A stretch of DNA of 64,000 nt, taken from positions 27,528,001 to 27,592,000 of the forward strand of contig OX597825.1 in assembly GCA_951406725.2 (NCBI GenBank). Direction: 5' to 3'. A program made the position numbers and the translations under genes. The DNA comes from Octopus vulgaris. Lineage: Eukaryota. Each line of letters opens with the position of its first letter. Position 1 is the stretch's first letter. Below the pieces are notes generated by a model that was given only the letters and a program-made list of their open reading frames with translations, had not been told where the DNA came from and made no database searches. Positions 14,831-30,416 of this stretch are shown here, piece by piece.

Positions 14831-15803
14831 TTTACTTCAAAAAACGTTCGAGTAGTAAATAGTGTAAAAACTTATAAATCAAACAATAAATCTTTTACAT
14901 CCCATTCCTTTCTGGAGAATTGCTGATGATTTCACTCTTAGCATATCTATTATAGATCAAATGCCCATTAATAAACGAAATTATCAATGTAAACTAACAA
15001 AACAGTTGCATTATTATTGTGTTTGTTGCATATATAGCAGCTATTCTACCACAACGGTCGTTAACGAATTGAAAAGGACTCAGTGATTGCGAATTATAGA
15101 TGTTTGGACATAAAAAAATAGCATTCTGTTGCACCATAGTACGAAAATCACCAACTAATTAGTAGATTGTTGTACTACACATTTGAGCATAGCAGACTAT
15201 CTGTACACCATGATGAACAACTACGTGGAGGACTGTAGATGGTCGTTTAGATTGCTAGAAATAAAAACCAATTCCGTGTTGATCGTAGTGTACTAGGTTA
15301 TATAATAGAATATAGATGATGATACATATAATCTTCGGAATGCAATACATGTCTGGAACGACTATGACCATAGCTGTTTCGTCAAAGATGATATGAATGT
15401 AAGCTAGAGTATCAACTGCAGTTAAGTGGGACATATTCTTAGGTGAAGGAAAGGATTTCTGTCGGCCTTTCGATGATTTGTATACATATTCAAACCTACC
15501 AATTGATTCATACATTAAACGGCTGAGTATTCCAGAGTTATGTAAATTTCACGTAATTTTTGGGCAGAATATATATAATAGAGTAATAGACTGGACTGGC
15601 TGTCTCTATGACAAGTACGACCTAGACAACGAACTTTGTACACGTTTCCATCAAAATAACTTGCCTCAAAAGTATATGTTTGAACAATACTATAAAAGAC
15701 TCGACCAATATACCAAGAACCAGGATCGAACCTAGAAATATATGATAATAAAGATAAATTCTAAACTAAATTTTTATGGTTGGATTTACTTGTTTTGGTT
15801 ATG

Positions 15804-16110
15804 CAGGGAGTGCAAAAGTAAGAATACATTTAAGAACAAAAAAAACAAGTACTATATTTCTTTATTTTTATCAAAAAAATTAAAATAATACAATATTTAT
15901 ATTTATTTATTTTTATCAACAAAATTAAAATAATACAATAATACCATAAAAGTATTATTGGAGTTATGATAAATGTATTATTATGATTAATGATATTGAA
16001 AATATCAAAAATGAGGCTAACTTTTAATTTTTATTTTTTTGATAAAAATAAATGAGTATGGTACGTGTTTTCTTTTTTCATAACTGTATATCTACATTTG
16101 CACCCGACTG
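15804..16110. mobile_element. Tc1/mariner-type MITE with long imperfect TIRs
   Basis: Left CAGGGAGTGCAAAAGTA.. pairs with right ..TACATTTGCACCCGACTG; inverted similarity extends about 80 bp (TTTATTTTTATCAAAAAAA / TTTTTTTGATAAAAATAAA); termini resemble the MITE at 61103. Confidence 0.7.
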
Positions 16111-16625
16111 TGTATTATACCAGGATAAAAGAAAGGATAGCCATGATTTGGAATTCTTTGATCATAGCTCTGTTTAATTAGCATAGAAGTGAGCAAAACA
16201 AAAATGTTGATGTATGATACGAACTTCCATGCCCTCTGGTCGGTGCATTTGCAAAACACAGCATCCGGTATTTCTCATACTTATTAATCTGTTTCTGAGA
16301 GATATTTCGAAGAGTTCCTTCACAACATCTACCTCCCACATTACGAATCCTTCACAAGAGATTCATGTTCCGACTTCATATCGATGCACTAAATCAGGAT
16401 TATCTCCATCAATTTTATGGCATTCGTGATCAGAATCCAAACCTAGAGTAAAGGAGGAAGTAAATAATAAAAATAAATGTTTTTATTTGTTTCATTTTTC
16501 AAGTATACTTTATATCACATTACCATAAAAACATTTTTTCACACATACACACACACAAACACGCACACGACACACATGCACACTCATATTACAATACATA
16601 CAAAATAAATATGACAGAGAGATAA

Positions 16626-16689
<64 letters not shown>

Positions 16690-16735
16690 GCAGATATAGG
16701 AATATACACATGTAAATATGTACGATTGTACAGAT

Positions 16736-16769
<34 letters not shown>

Positions 16770-16825
16770 CATATATATATATAAATATATACATATGATA
16801 TATATATGTATATATATATATATAC

Positions 16826-16868
<43 letters not shown>

Positions 16869-16928
16869 ATATGTATATATATAATATATATATATTATTT
16901 ACTATATACATATATATATATATGTATA

Positions 16929-16973
<45 letters not shown>

Positions 16974-17631
16974 TCATACATACATTACACATATGTAGAG
17001 AGAGAGAGGGGGGACTGATAGATGAGGAGAGAGAGTAGAAGAATGGAAAGAGGAAATGGGATGAGAGAGAGAGAGGGTTTTGCAAATTCAATCAAAATGA
17101 ACTACAATCCAAGCAAACAGTTAAAATGGTTTTTCTTCACATTTTCCACAGATCGATAAATCAATTTAGTTGTGACAAGCTAAATCGCTCAGGATAAAAA
17201 TGTAAATATGATATGAGGCTACATTTTAGACGGCCGAGATATATAAATACACAAAATATAAATAAATGCTGGAGATATACTATGAACAAGTGAAAATTAT
17301 AAATAGAGATTCACACAGAGTTTTGCGTAAGTTCTTTTCGTGAAACATCTATGCTTGTGTTTCTATACACACACATATATATATGAGAGGGAATGGGATG
17401 ACAGAGGAGTAAACAATTATCTTATGAACTTCATTAATTTACAGCTTTTTCCACTAAAGAATGCAGTGGATACATAATTGAGTGCCTTAGTAAAACGTTA
17501 TGCCTTCATCGTAGGCTTAGGTGTGGAGTGCAATTTATCTTGGAAAAAAACATTTGCATTTGCATTTATGCATATACATAGAAAAGCATTAACGATGCAA
17601 AAAAAGAAAGGTATATGAAGGGAATGAAATG

Positions 17632-17681
<50 letters not shown>

Positions 17682-17689
<8 letters not shown>

Positions 17690-17912
17690 GTTACATTACT
17701 CGATAGTCAAGATAAAACTCTGAGTTTCAGATGCCGAAGTGGGAATCCACAACGCCATCTCTTCGGTTACCTGGCTATTTGAAAACGCTATTTTCTCAGA
17801 GTTTTATCTTGACTATCGAGTAATGTGACATATTATTTTATAGATAGATTTCCTCTATTTACATAATATTGACGTCTCTTTCTTTCTTTTGTTATCTTAC
17901 CGTTTTACCAAT
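17682..17912. mobile_element. PLE-like terminus: inverted repeat plus hammerhead (CCGAAGA core), between (TA)n tracts
   Basis: 39-bp inverted arms 17686-17724/17795-17833; minus-strand HHR 17710-17772: stem I AGGTAA/TTATCT, core CCGAAGA, stem II GATG..GTGG-ATTC-CCAC..CATC, t-GAAA, stem III ACTC-A-GAGT, GUU. Confidence 0.75.
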
Positions 17913-17965
<53 letters not shown>

Positions 17966-18064
17966 TAGATAGATATAGATACATACATACATACATACAT
18001 ACATACATAGTTAGATAGATAGATAGATAGATACATACATACATACATAGTTAGATAGATAGAG

Positions 18065-18140
<76 letters not shown>

Positions 18141-18154
18141 TAGATTGATTGATT

Positions 18155-18345
18155 CAAATACAGTTCTATATTTAGGAGATGAGGAATTACGTACATTATT
18201 TACATTTGACGGATATTTGTCCTCAACTTGTTTGTTGTTAACACAACGTTTTGGTTGATATACCCTCCATCCTTCATCAGGTGTCTTGGGGAAATTTCGA
18301 ACCTGGGTTCTCATTCCTAAGGTATTTTTCAATGTTATTATTATA
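18155..18345 (-). mobile_element. PLE-like terminus with minimal hammerhead (G12->A mutant)
   Basis: Minus strand 18240-18285: GACAC-CTGATGA-a-GGATGG..TCAACC-AAAA-CG-TT-GTGTT; flanked by (GATA)n and (TA)n. Confidence 0.7.
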
Positions 18346-18351
18346 ATTAAT

Positions 18352-18446
<95 letters not shown>

Positions 18447-20074
18447 CGGAGCGGAAGTGAGAGAGATTTTCGTCCAACATTTTGTGAGTAATCACAAATA
18501 AATAGCTTGTCTTTTATACAACTTCGAGAATAACTGAAACGAGTCTTCGTAAACTCTTTTTCTATCTTCATTAATAATGAATGGATTACAAATTGATTAT
18601 ATATATCTGCGCTGACATAATGGGTCTGCAAAACGCTGAGTGCGAGACGGTAAGAAACACTGTAGTATTAAAATTTCATAGGGGTTCTTCAGGTATGTTT
18701 ACTTCAAGACGATCGCTAAAACAACCAGAATATGTTGAAGGACCCTGACATTGTAGACTAACACGACAGGTGATACCGCAACGCTGATATATCGGTATGC
18801 AGGAAAACAGGTGTTAACAGTGGCAGTAAGATTTCCTTTGCCACTGAAAACAAGCACACATTTATATAACAACTGCTCTAATTTGTCGAATGATCAGATG
18901 ATTTCATGATTAAGATATTTCGACTCTAGTGGTAAAAGGTAAATGAAATACCGCACTGAGTGATTGGTGTAGCATATCAACCAGTAAGAGACCAGGCCCT
19001 GCCATCAGACCTTGCTGATATGACATATGATAACGCAGCGTTCAGCCCCTTAGCGTGCCGAAAAAAAATTGTAACAAAGTCAGTGATATTTTTTGGTCAC
19101 CGACGGCAGACATACTGTAATATAACATCCGGTCTCTATGTTGTTGAATGTTTAAAAATGTTTATTTTTGGCACATTTTAATGCTAGATTATTTCAAATA
19201 CTACACAGGTAGAGTGATAAAAAAATTGATAGATTAAATTCGGGTTTTGAAGAAATAAAAGTAAATCTGTCAATTTACATTCATGTCTCAAACACAACGC
19301 TGATCATCTTTTTTAATCGCTATATTAATCCACAGCCACATTGTACATGGAAAGAATAGCAATCTGTATTTGTTTACGGTACTGTGAATAGTGAATGTAG
19401 GTGTAGCGGTATAAAAAGTTTTATGAAATATTCTGATTGTTGAAGAAGACTTAAAATATTGAAGTATTGCTTGATACATTCATATCAGTGGAATCCGTGT
19501 TGGGATTGCATTAGGGCTTTCAATGCATACGATTATTGATTCTATCAAACGAAGCAAAAAATGAAAAAAATGTGTGATAACAGATAAATGGTTCTATTCA
19601 TATTCACCAAAGGTAGATAAATTAGTTGAGGTGCGATAAACTATATCGAGCATGACAAAATATAAATAGGATACGACTCCTCGCTTTTGACGTTCTTCAT
19701 ATAAAGAAAGGGCACACGGAAAAATTTTCGCCAGACAAAGAAACGCCGATAAAAATGCGTATGACAAAGAACGCCCATACGAATGTACTTCCACAAAAGA
19801 GATCTGATAAAATAGTGTTTATTAAAATAAATTTCAAAATAAGCATGCGAGTAATGTTTATTTTTTTATCGTTTTTATTCAAATTAAAAATCCAACAGAC
19901 TTTTTCCTGAAACATTGTTCCGAAAGCGATAACTTTAAAACTTTTGATATTAAGCGTATTTAGGATTTCACATCAATCTCTAGACGTCTCAGCTATAAAT
20001 AAATAGGAGATAAAGAAATATATGTGGGTGTGATAAATAAATAATATAAAATGAAAGAATAATTACATTTTTAT

Positions 20075-20134
<60 letters not shown>

Positions 20135-20156
20135 ATATATATATATATATATATAT

Positions 20157-20231
<75 letters not shown>

Positions 20232-22735
20232 TAGATATGTACACATACATACATAAATACATACATACATATATTGTGTGTATAAGAATAATATTACAGA
20301 AGGTAAAATACATATTAGACACCTAAAAACGAAGATGTATTTCATGGAGTTAACAATTGAATGTTTTTCACTCCTGCGTTATTGTGATATATTTTAACTA
20401 TGAATGTGTGGTTCGGCTTGAAATATTCATCCATTTATAACTTGAACGCCCATGGTTCCTATGGTATAAGATAAGGTTTATGTATCATTTTAATGGTTGC
20501 TGCAACAGTGTGCATGAATTTGTTCTTTTATTACTCTCCGACCTCATCTACTAATCTATCATGGTTGCCATTATTAACAAACGGTTGTTTTCCCTGTAGG
20601 ATTTTCCTATTTAAAGGCTCCATTAGAGGATGGAAATTTAAATGCATTATAGATATTTTTTATGCATGGGGGCATTCACTCTTAGCAGATTTTATATAAG
20701 CATTTGTTGGTGCTTTTGTGCGATACCATATATTATTACTTATTACTGCATTTATATCTAAGGTGTATTTTTGTAACCATAATTTTTGTTATAGTTATGC
20801 CAGATCCTAAATATATGGATGTTAGCCATGTAGAATTCCGCGAATGTAGGTCAGAGTTGATAACCTTAAAGCTAACCTGTTTCTCCTGTTAAGAGGAAAT
20901 GATTTACACTACATTATCTAGACAGCCGTTAGAATATTTATCTCGCCTTACACTTTTACAGCTGGTTTGCAGCAAGGCAAGCAAAAGTAGAGCCTCTCTT
21001 AGTGATTTCGTCTGACGTTGCAACTCTGAGATACTGCAAATTGTAACCCTGCAACCTGTCGGCATGCTACACAAGCACTAATTCACATTTCTTAGCAACA
21101 AGTGATGACTTTTAATACAACCTTTTTCTATGTGGTTACCTATTTTTAGAAAATTGTTGATATTCGCTCTTTATGACTCTAGTTTGTCCTAGTAAATTAA
21201 GGAATTGCACGCTACTAGATTAATCTACCCTCGGCATTGTTATATTGGCGTACAGCAGTGATGTTTGAATTCCCTTCTTTCCTTATCGTACATACTTATC
21301 GTGTTTTATGATTATTAATGACGTACGTCGTATTTTAGCATGCCTCAAACAGAGTAATTGCTTTCTACATTTATCTCTGTTCTTATTTCCATCTTTCGAA
21401 TTTATTAGTACTGTTTTTGTTTTACTTATGGTTTTCTGTTTTCATCTTTTGCGCTTATTTTAATCTCACATCTACCATTTTCTTGCAACGATGAAGGATA
21501 CGCATTTTCTTTTTTATCTAGTGTGCATTGCACATAAACTTTCCACATATTTAACTGTTCTAAATTCAGAAGTGAAATTACCTCATAAGAGCAAACGTCC
21601 TTCTTTCTTTGGCTACCACGTAAAACTAGTGAGTGATTTAGGTAGTCAGCCTTCACATCTTTAATTTTGTATATATGAAAAGAATTTTGTTAACTCTCAA
21701 TAAATTCTTTGTATTCATTTGACTAGTAAATTGGAGAAGGTATTTCGTCACTACAGCTAAATGGCGATTTTCGTATTTTATTACTATTGGATACATTTTT
21801 GTATTGCTTCTCTTATAATGTCTTCTCTTTTTACTTGTCTCATTCTGATATGATATGTTATTGTCAGTAAAACTTAAGATACAAATTAGCCGTCGCTGGG
21901 ATCCGTAAACCACGCTTAACACGATGATTTTCTTAGATGATTCAGTTTTTTAAAACAATTTATTTCATCGCATTATGTTTTCATTTTTTCTCTTTTTTAT
22001 TTTATTTTATTTATTTATTTTTTTTTTTTTTGAAATATGGTTTTCAAACGCCGTTGTTTGGCAATGAATATCTTCTTGTTTCATCAACTAAATGACCTGT
22101 TCCTGAACTAATGTGTAAGTGGCTAAGCAATCCGAAGATACACGTTATCGTAATTCTTCGGCAGAATCAGCTAGACAAAGTTTTTCAGCGCTGCATGCAT
22201 TAAATCATAGATACATTCTACCTGTCAGGCTTCAATACAGTTTCCTAATACCAAATTTAAATCACAAAGGTGAGAGAACGTGATTTCAGTGAGATTTGGT
22301 TGCTAATCAGAGCAAGCCAATCAACCTTCCAATAAAACTCTACTAATTCGTGGAGTATGTAATAACAATTATGGCATTTAGTGTTTTGGCTTTCGTCAGT
22401 AGAATAATTTCACTGTAGATGTACAATGAAATGCTTTTTCCCTCACGTCTTCAGTATTAACAACTTTTGTTCGGATTCTTCCCTCATTTTCTCTGTTTCT
22501 CATTTTCCCTTCTTTTCTCTATAATATGTACTTTGGTACCCCCACCTTTTACTTTTATGCGTGGTGATGAGATATTATTTTATGCTATTCATATTGGTTT
22601 ACGAGAACATATATTTACTGAGTCTAAATACTGTTTGCTTTTATTTTCAACGTACGCATTCTATATAAGTTAATGTGTGTATATAAGAGTGTGTGTGCAT
22701 ACATACTTATAAGTACATGTAAACGTATTTATAAT

Positions 22736-22802
<67 letters not shown>

Positions 22803-23743
22803 TTGTGTGTGTTTGTGTGTGTATGTATATCTATTACTTTTTTTCTTTTCACACACACACTCACACACACACCCACACACATATTTCTGTATAACATCTC
22901 TCTAAAACACAAATATTTGTATATTCATACTACATTTCAAAATGGTTATGTTACACAGGTGTTTATTAACCCCCGTATTCCATATTTATTTTTCTTCTTT
23001 TTACTTCTCATGGTTTAGGATGACTGTACTATTGTACTAAACATTTTCATTTATTGGATTTTGTTAGAAATGTTTTATCGTTCACTCGTATAAATAGTAG
23101 TAGCAGCAGTAAACGGCTTGTTTCTTTTATTTTCTTCTTCAAACTAAAACTTTTGGGAGACACTGTTTCTAATGATCACATTAAAGTCACTTTTCAATGT
23201 TTCTTATAAACACTTGGTTTACTGTATTGTTTTACTTCCTACGTATATTTGTTCTGCTATGGTTAATTTGTTTGTTTCTTCACGTAGATTTCGTTCTCAC
23301 TTGATTCGTGTCCTGTTTTTATGAGAACTTACCCTATGTCTTTATTCATTTCTTCCTGTAAGTAGCATATTTTATTTAAATAATCATTAAAAGTAAAGAC
23401 ATAAAATATGTATCCATTGTACTTGCTCGGGTACGAATACATTTATCACCGACTCGGTTTTTAAATTTGCACTCGGATTCAGTGTTAACAGTGGAAACTT
23501 TTTACCTTACACACGAAGCGATATAATTTATGTTTTATGTTGTCATCGAGTTAGGATCAATGCTATTTCAAACTAGTCGAGTTGTTTTGTTGCTTCTCAG
23601 GTAGAACCCATAGCTTAAATGCATATCAGTCTTGATCAAAACTACTTGCGATCAATAAGCATTCTCTCAACGATCATGCAATCGCTGGCAGTTGTAGCGT
23701 ATCTCAGAATGAATTATGCAAACCATTCCTCCTGGAATGGTTT

Positions 23744-23898
23744 GCGTGGCTCTGTGGCAAGACGCTTGCTTCCCAACCACGTGGTTCCAGGTTCAGCTCC
23801 ACTACATAGCACCTGGGGGAAGTGTCCTCTACTATAGCCTCTGACCGACCAAAATCTTGTGACTGGAAATGAATGATAGAAACTGAAAGAAGCCTGTC

Positions 23899-23937
<39 letters not shown>

Positions 23938-24238
23938 TGTATATATATATATATACAGATAGATAGACAGATAGATAGATAGATAGATAGGTATATGTAT
24001 TTATATGTGTGTGTGTGTGTGTGTGTATACATTAGTGTTTGTTTCTGTGTTTGTCCTTCACTATCGCTTGTCAACCAATCCTTGGATGTTTACATCCCCG
24101 CAACTTAGCGTTTCGGCATAATGGACCGATAGAATAAGTACTAGGCTTACAAACAATAAGTCCTGTGGTCGAGGATTTCTTCGAATAAAAGGCGGTGAAT
24201 GCTCAAAACAAGTGAAAGAATAAAAAAAATACAAGAAT
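23744..24238 (+). mobile_element. tRNA-derived SINE family A copy
   Basis: Colinear with 37051-37462; internal (TA)/(GATA)/(TG) tract expanded. Confidence 0.85.
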
Positions 24239-24260
24239 ATATATATATATATATATATAT

Positions 24261-24735
24261 ATGAATAAAAAATGGAGTTAACGCAGGTTTAAACAAGTAT
24301 TTTTACTTTCTACATATGTTTCGAAAATTCCACTGATACTTATTCAAAAGAATAAAAGGTATAAACAATGCAATCTTCTCTTCGGGAAAGTGAAAAAACG
24401 AAACTTGTCAATACGACATTTTAACAAAAAAAAAAAAAAAAAAAAAGTTTCGTTTTTTCACTTTCCCGAAGAGAAGATTGCATTGTTTATACCTTTTATT
24501 CTTTTGAATAAGTATCAGTGAAATTTTCTGAAACATATGTAGAAAGTAAAAATACTTGTTTAAACCTGCGTTAACTCCATTTTTTATTCATATTATTCAA
24601 ATATTCAACGTAAACACGAAGTTTCAACCTTTATAAACAAGGAGTTACAACATCTTTACTTGTGAGATTTGTGCTGCCCTGGTAACTATTCATTCATTTA
24701 TCCGTGTTAATTGTTAACAAGGTAAAATACACTCA

Positions 24736-24736
<1 letters not shown>
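24261..24736. mobile_element. PLE-like element end: ~146-bp near-perfect inverted repeat, each arm carrying a hammerhead (CCGAAGA core), plus unique 3' tail
   Basis: Arms 24261-24406 and 24445-24591; HHRs 24305-24391(-) and 24460-24547(+): stem I ACTTTC/GAAAGT, CCGAAGA, long stem II GAAGATT..AATTTTC, GAAA, ACATATGT, GUA; (TA)n on both sides. Confidence 0.85.
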
Positions 24737-24802
<66 letters not shown>

Positions 24803-25212
24803 CATTCTACTACGGTAGTTGTTGAATAATACTTTTAAGCCCGCAATTTACTCACACGCATCATTTCTCAACGCTTGTCGCTAATTCAGTTTTTCACCAT
24901 ATGGAAATCCGTTTTAGAAGAGGACTCGTCCCTGGCTACATTTTGGTATAAGAAAATTGAGATTTAGTCCAGGACAATGACGTTTACATCAACATGTGTA
25001 GCGACGTTATGGGAGAGTAAGTACCGTCACCAATCAAGTTTAGATCTAAATAGCTCCTTTCTATTTTAAAAGTAAAATATATTTATCTTAGCTTCAATGA
25101 TAGAAGAAAGCGTGAAGAATTATATTGTCTTGGTTCCATGCAATAAAATTTGTATAAAACACTTGTAACGTAAAATAACGTACAACACACTAACACCTAG
25201 GTTATGTACCTG

Positions 25213-25256
<44 letters not shown>

Positions 25257-25564
25257 TGTATGTTGTGCGTATTTGTGTGTTTGTGTGTGTGTCACTAGAT
25301 TTGGCGTACAGCTTGTCGGAATGTTAATCTCGGTTTCACGCTAAATGTTGCAAGTAGTGAATGTTGACGATTTTCCTTAGGTATCTGAGCCATTTGGGAA
25401 CTGTTGGTTACTCGTGGAAAAAGCCCTCATAGCACGCTTTACGAGGCCAAAAATTTTCAACAGGAAGCGCCCACGAAGACACCTCGTTAAACATAACCAG
25501 TTATATATTGTTACGCGATATAAACATTTACATGTTCCAGTAACTGCTTTCAGTATGCTAATAG

Positions 25565-25631
<67 letters not shown>

Positions 25632-25675
25632 TGTATGTATGTATGTATGTATGCATGTATGTATGTATGTATGTG

Positions 25676-25723
<48 letters not shown>

Positions 25724-26138
25724 AGTATCTGTCTGCATGTTTGTCTGTCCATTTATCTATCATATATGAAGGAAGACTAAAAAGATGGGCTTGAAAATGC
25801 ATTAAAATTATGTACATAGATACATTCTTAAGGAGTTGTTATTCATTTTTGATGTTCATGGGTAAATATTTTTATTCTTATGATATAATATGAAAGATAG
25901 CATTTAGATAACAAATGATTCGGTATAATAGATTTTGTGAAAATATATTGGTGTTTGTATTATCGAGGAAATTTTGCCATACAGCTTGTAGAGAAAAATA
26001 TATAAAGAAAAAGGTCGCATGTGAAAAACTCCCACTTTTTCACATGACAGAAAGATTTAGCGAATAAAATTTTCAGCATATGTTGCAGCCAAAGAAGATT
26101 CTATATAGAAGAAAAATTAAGCATATGTATGTTATATG

Positions 26139-26177
<39 letters not shown>

Positions 26178-26831
26178 TATATATAGATAGATTGAAGCAT
26201 TTATGACAATATATAGTTTCAAACAGCGCCGAGCATGTATGTATATATGTATGTATGCACGTATGTATGTATGCATATAGTCATAGAGGATGTAGGCATA
26301 TAGTCGTACAGTTACCTATTTTACTGAAACATGATAATACCGTGAACCAAAGGTTTTTCACTAAAATATTTTTATCAAATCATTCATTGTCACAAAATAT
26401 ATTGGGAGTTACGCCCAGAAACACATGATATTTAAATATGAAGCATTGTTGAACTTTAACATTTTTGATAATATTTATGTATATCTATATATGCCTTCGA
26501 ATTTCTACAAATATATACGCGTGGGTATGTGTGCGTACATATGAGTTCTATACAATTTGAGACAATCTCCAGTGAAAACTTTCCAAATATTTCAGATATT
26601 TAGTATATTTGAGAATGAGTTAATACCAATATCTGTAAAGATTTTTGTATCTAGAGATATTTAGAATACATGCAAATTTCTTCAATTTCCTGGTGGGAGC
26701 TGAAATTTGGAAATGAACTGCAAATTGTGCAATACCAGTGCAGAATCGAATCTTTTGTCACCTTCGTATGTGAAGCATTACTCACGTATATGACCCGAGC
26801 AATCTGAAGCATTCATTATATTCACTATATA

Positions 26832-26862
<31 letters not shown>

Positions 26863-27056
26863 GATAGAAACAAGTTTCAAAGAAAATAAAAATACACGTG
26901 TTATAAATAGGGGAAAAGTAAAAAGAATTAAGAAACTGCAAAGTAGGTATGAAAGTGTTGGCTTTCTGAAAATAAAAACAAGGATATATACAAACAAACA
27001 AAATGAGTTCAGGTGTAATTTAGAAGTATAAAAATCATTATCATCAGCCAATATAA

Positions 27057-27108
27057 AATGTCATACCGGTTTCGTCATCGCTGTTCACTGACTTTCAATC
27101 AACACCGA
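27057..27108 (-). ncRNA. Degenerate hammerhead-like motif
   Basis: Minus strand: ..TTGATTGAAA-GTCA..TGAC-GAAA-CCGG-TA-TGAC; stem II and palindromic stem III ACCGGT intact, 5' core ambiguous. Confidence 0.45.
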
Positions 27109-27967
27109 TTTCCATACAATGTTTGGTTTAATAGTACCTGAGAGAAAATATTGCATGCAAGGGAGGTAAGCAGATCTGAAAGTAATGCAGTTAGGTTGAT
27201 ATGATTAATAGAGTATTAATGGTATATGGGTGTGTATGAGGATTAGTGAGATTATTGGTATTAGCAAGGTTAGTAGTGTCCTGTATTAAGATGTGTTTCA
27301 AAAGAAAACGAAATGCGAAATATTTTACATGAACACAGGTAACAAAAGGAAGCATTCACCTTTTTTTTTACATTCCCGCTTTTCCTGGATTATTACATAT
27401 TTCGTTTCTATAAACGTATAGAAACTTCTGAATGTAAACAGTTCCCTGTATAAAGCTGAACATACATAATTTAAATCAAAATATATGATAAAAAAAAACA
27501 AACTATTGTTTATATGTTTAAGTCATTGCAGAATTAATACGAGATTTTTGTATTGCACCACATCAGAATTCTACGCCAGTAATATCTGAAATATTCAGTG
27601 ATCGTTTATTTTGGCAGAAGATTTCACGTGTTATTCTTTCATAATTTATTGTATGTTTAATAAGCCTTAGCTTAACTGACATTATTGTTTCTAAGTTGTT
27701 TTTTTTTTAATTTCATTTTTGCTGTTGCTATTCTGTCATTTTAGTTTTCCCCCACCCCGTGAGGAGAATTTATTATTTTAATCATTAAATGTGATTAACA
27801 GTTTGACAAATAGCACCATATCTTACATTTAAGTCGGTGAATATTGATAATGTTATTTAGTTATTTTTGGTGAGGATGCTTATAACGACAACGACGGCGA
27901 TAAGGACGATGATGACAACAGCGTCAACGATGATGGTGAGGACGCGGCCGCGCACGACGCACGACGA

Positions 27968-28270
27968 CTGTCGTGATAATGATGATTCTGTCGTGATAAT
28001 GATGGTTCTGTCGTGATAATGATGATTCTGTCGTGATAATGATGGTTCTGTCGTGATAATGATGGTTCTGTCGTGATAATGATGATTCTGTCGTGATAAT
28101 GATGATTCTGTCGTGATAATGATGATTCTGTCGTGATAATGATGGTTCTGTCGTGATAATGATGATTCTGTCGTGATAATGATGATTCTGTCGTGATAAT
28201 GATGATTCTGTCGTGATAATGATGATTCTGTCGTGATAATGATGATTCTGTCGTGATAATGATGATTTTG
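27968..28270. repeat. 20-bp minisatellite, ~15 copies (TCGTGATAATGATGRTTCTG)
   Basis: Exact 20-bp periodicity with one A/G variant position. Confidence 0.97.
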
Positions 28271-28335
28271 ACAACGAGGATGCTGCTACTACTACTACTA
28301 CTGCTGCTAAAAATACTACGAATACTACGAATACT

Positions 28336-28566
28336 AATAATCGTTTGTACTACAGGTATGATGCCTGAAATTTTTTTTTGGGGGGGGGGGCAGGGGATAG
28401 TTGATTACATCGACACCGGGATTTAACTGGTACTTAAATTATCGACCCCGAAACGATGGAAGGCAAAGCTGACCTAGGCGAAATTCGAACTCAGAACGTA
28501 TCGGCGGGCAAAATACCGCTAAGCACCTCGTCCAGCTTGCTAACGATTCTGACAGATCACCGCCTT
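28336..28566 (-). mobile_element. SINE family B, near full-length copy
   Basis: Minus strand: AAGGCGG..CAGAATCGTTAGCA head, GAGTTCGAATT, GCTTTGCCTTCCATCGTTTCGGGGTCGATAATTTAAGTACCAG core. Confidence 0.8.
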
Positions 28567-28677
28567 AGTAACAAGAACAAGAAGAAGAAGAACAACAACA
28601 ACAACAATAATAATAATAATAACTATTATTATTATATTAATAACAATAATAATAATAATAATAATAATAACAATAAT

Positions 28678-29509
<832 letters not shown>

Positions 29510-30370
29510 GGAGGAGGATGAACAACAACAAAAACAACAGCAACAACAAGTACAAAAAGAAGAAGAAGCGTGGTGTCTTTATACGCTACAAATGCACGTA
29601 ATGACAAACGGCAAAATGTTGGCACCCTCCTAATACTGGCCAGCTTCCAGCTCGGGTTAATCGAAAACCACCTTGAGATCGAGGATAACTATGAACACGA
29701 AAGTTACAAGCTCTCTCTTCTCCCGTTTAGAAACTCATCGGTAGAATATTCAGATTCCCTCTAAACACTCTTGCCACTCAGAAGTTGGAAAATACGCTGC
29801 CGTATTTCTTATTTCTTATTTTCCATCAGAGTCAATAAGATTATGATAATTAGGTCGACAAAGAAGATGCTGATGATGATGGATGATAATGATGACTAGG
29901 ATGATGATGATGGTGATAGTGATGATGGTGATGATGACAATGATGATGGCGACAACGACGATGACGACGACATAAATGATGACGATTATGATAATAATGA
30001 GGAGGCGGATGAATGTGAGTACGAATATTATTATGATGATAATGATAATGTCAAAAATGGGGAGGTCGAGGAGGCGAAGGAGAACGATGACGACGTCGAC
30101 GATGGTGCCGACGATGGCAATGGTGATGACGATAACAATTCTAAGTAGTAAGAGATGTATATGGCGCTTTTTCTTCAGAAAATATTTTCTCGTATATGAT
30201 TTCAGATTTTTTGATACAGAACGATAGAATGGAAAAAAAGTCAAGAATAGAAAAGTACAAGAGTTTACAGGATACACACACACGCACACGTACATACATG
30301 TATACATATGTATATGTATAGCTATATACACACATCTCTCTCTATATATATATACCTATACAAATATTTA

Positions 30371-30416
<46 letters not shown>

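Noticed and set aside
17430-18560. Additional partial hammerhead-like strings (GAAAAAGCTGTA at ~17440(-), GAAACGAGTC at ~18536)
   Set aside because: Only the 3' half of the core is visible; insufficient to call.
27924-28274. Repeat ORF and CRISPR-like appearance of the 20-bp array
   Set aside because: Units are contiguous with no unique spacers and there are no cas genes; it is a minisatellite, and the ORF is a by-product.
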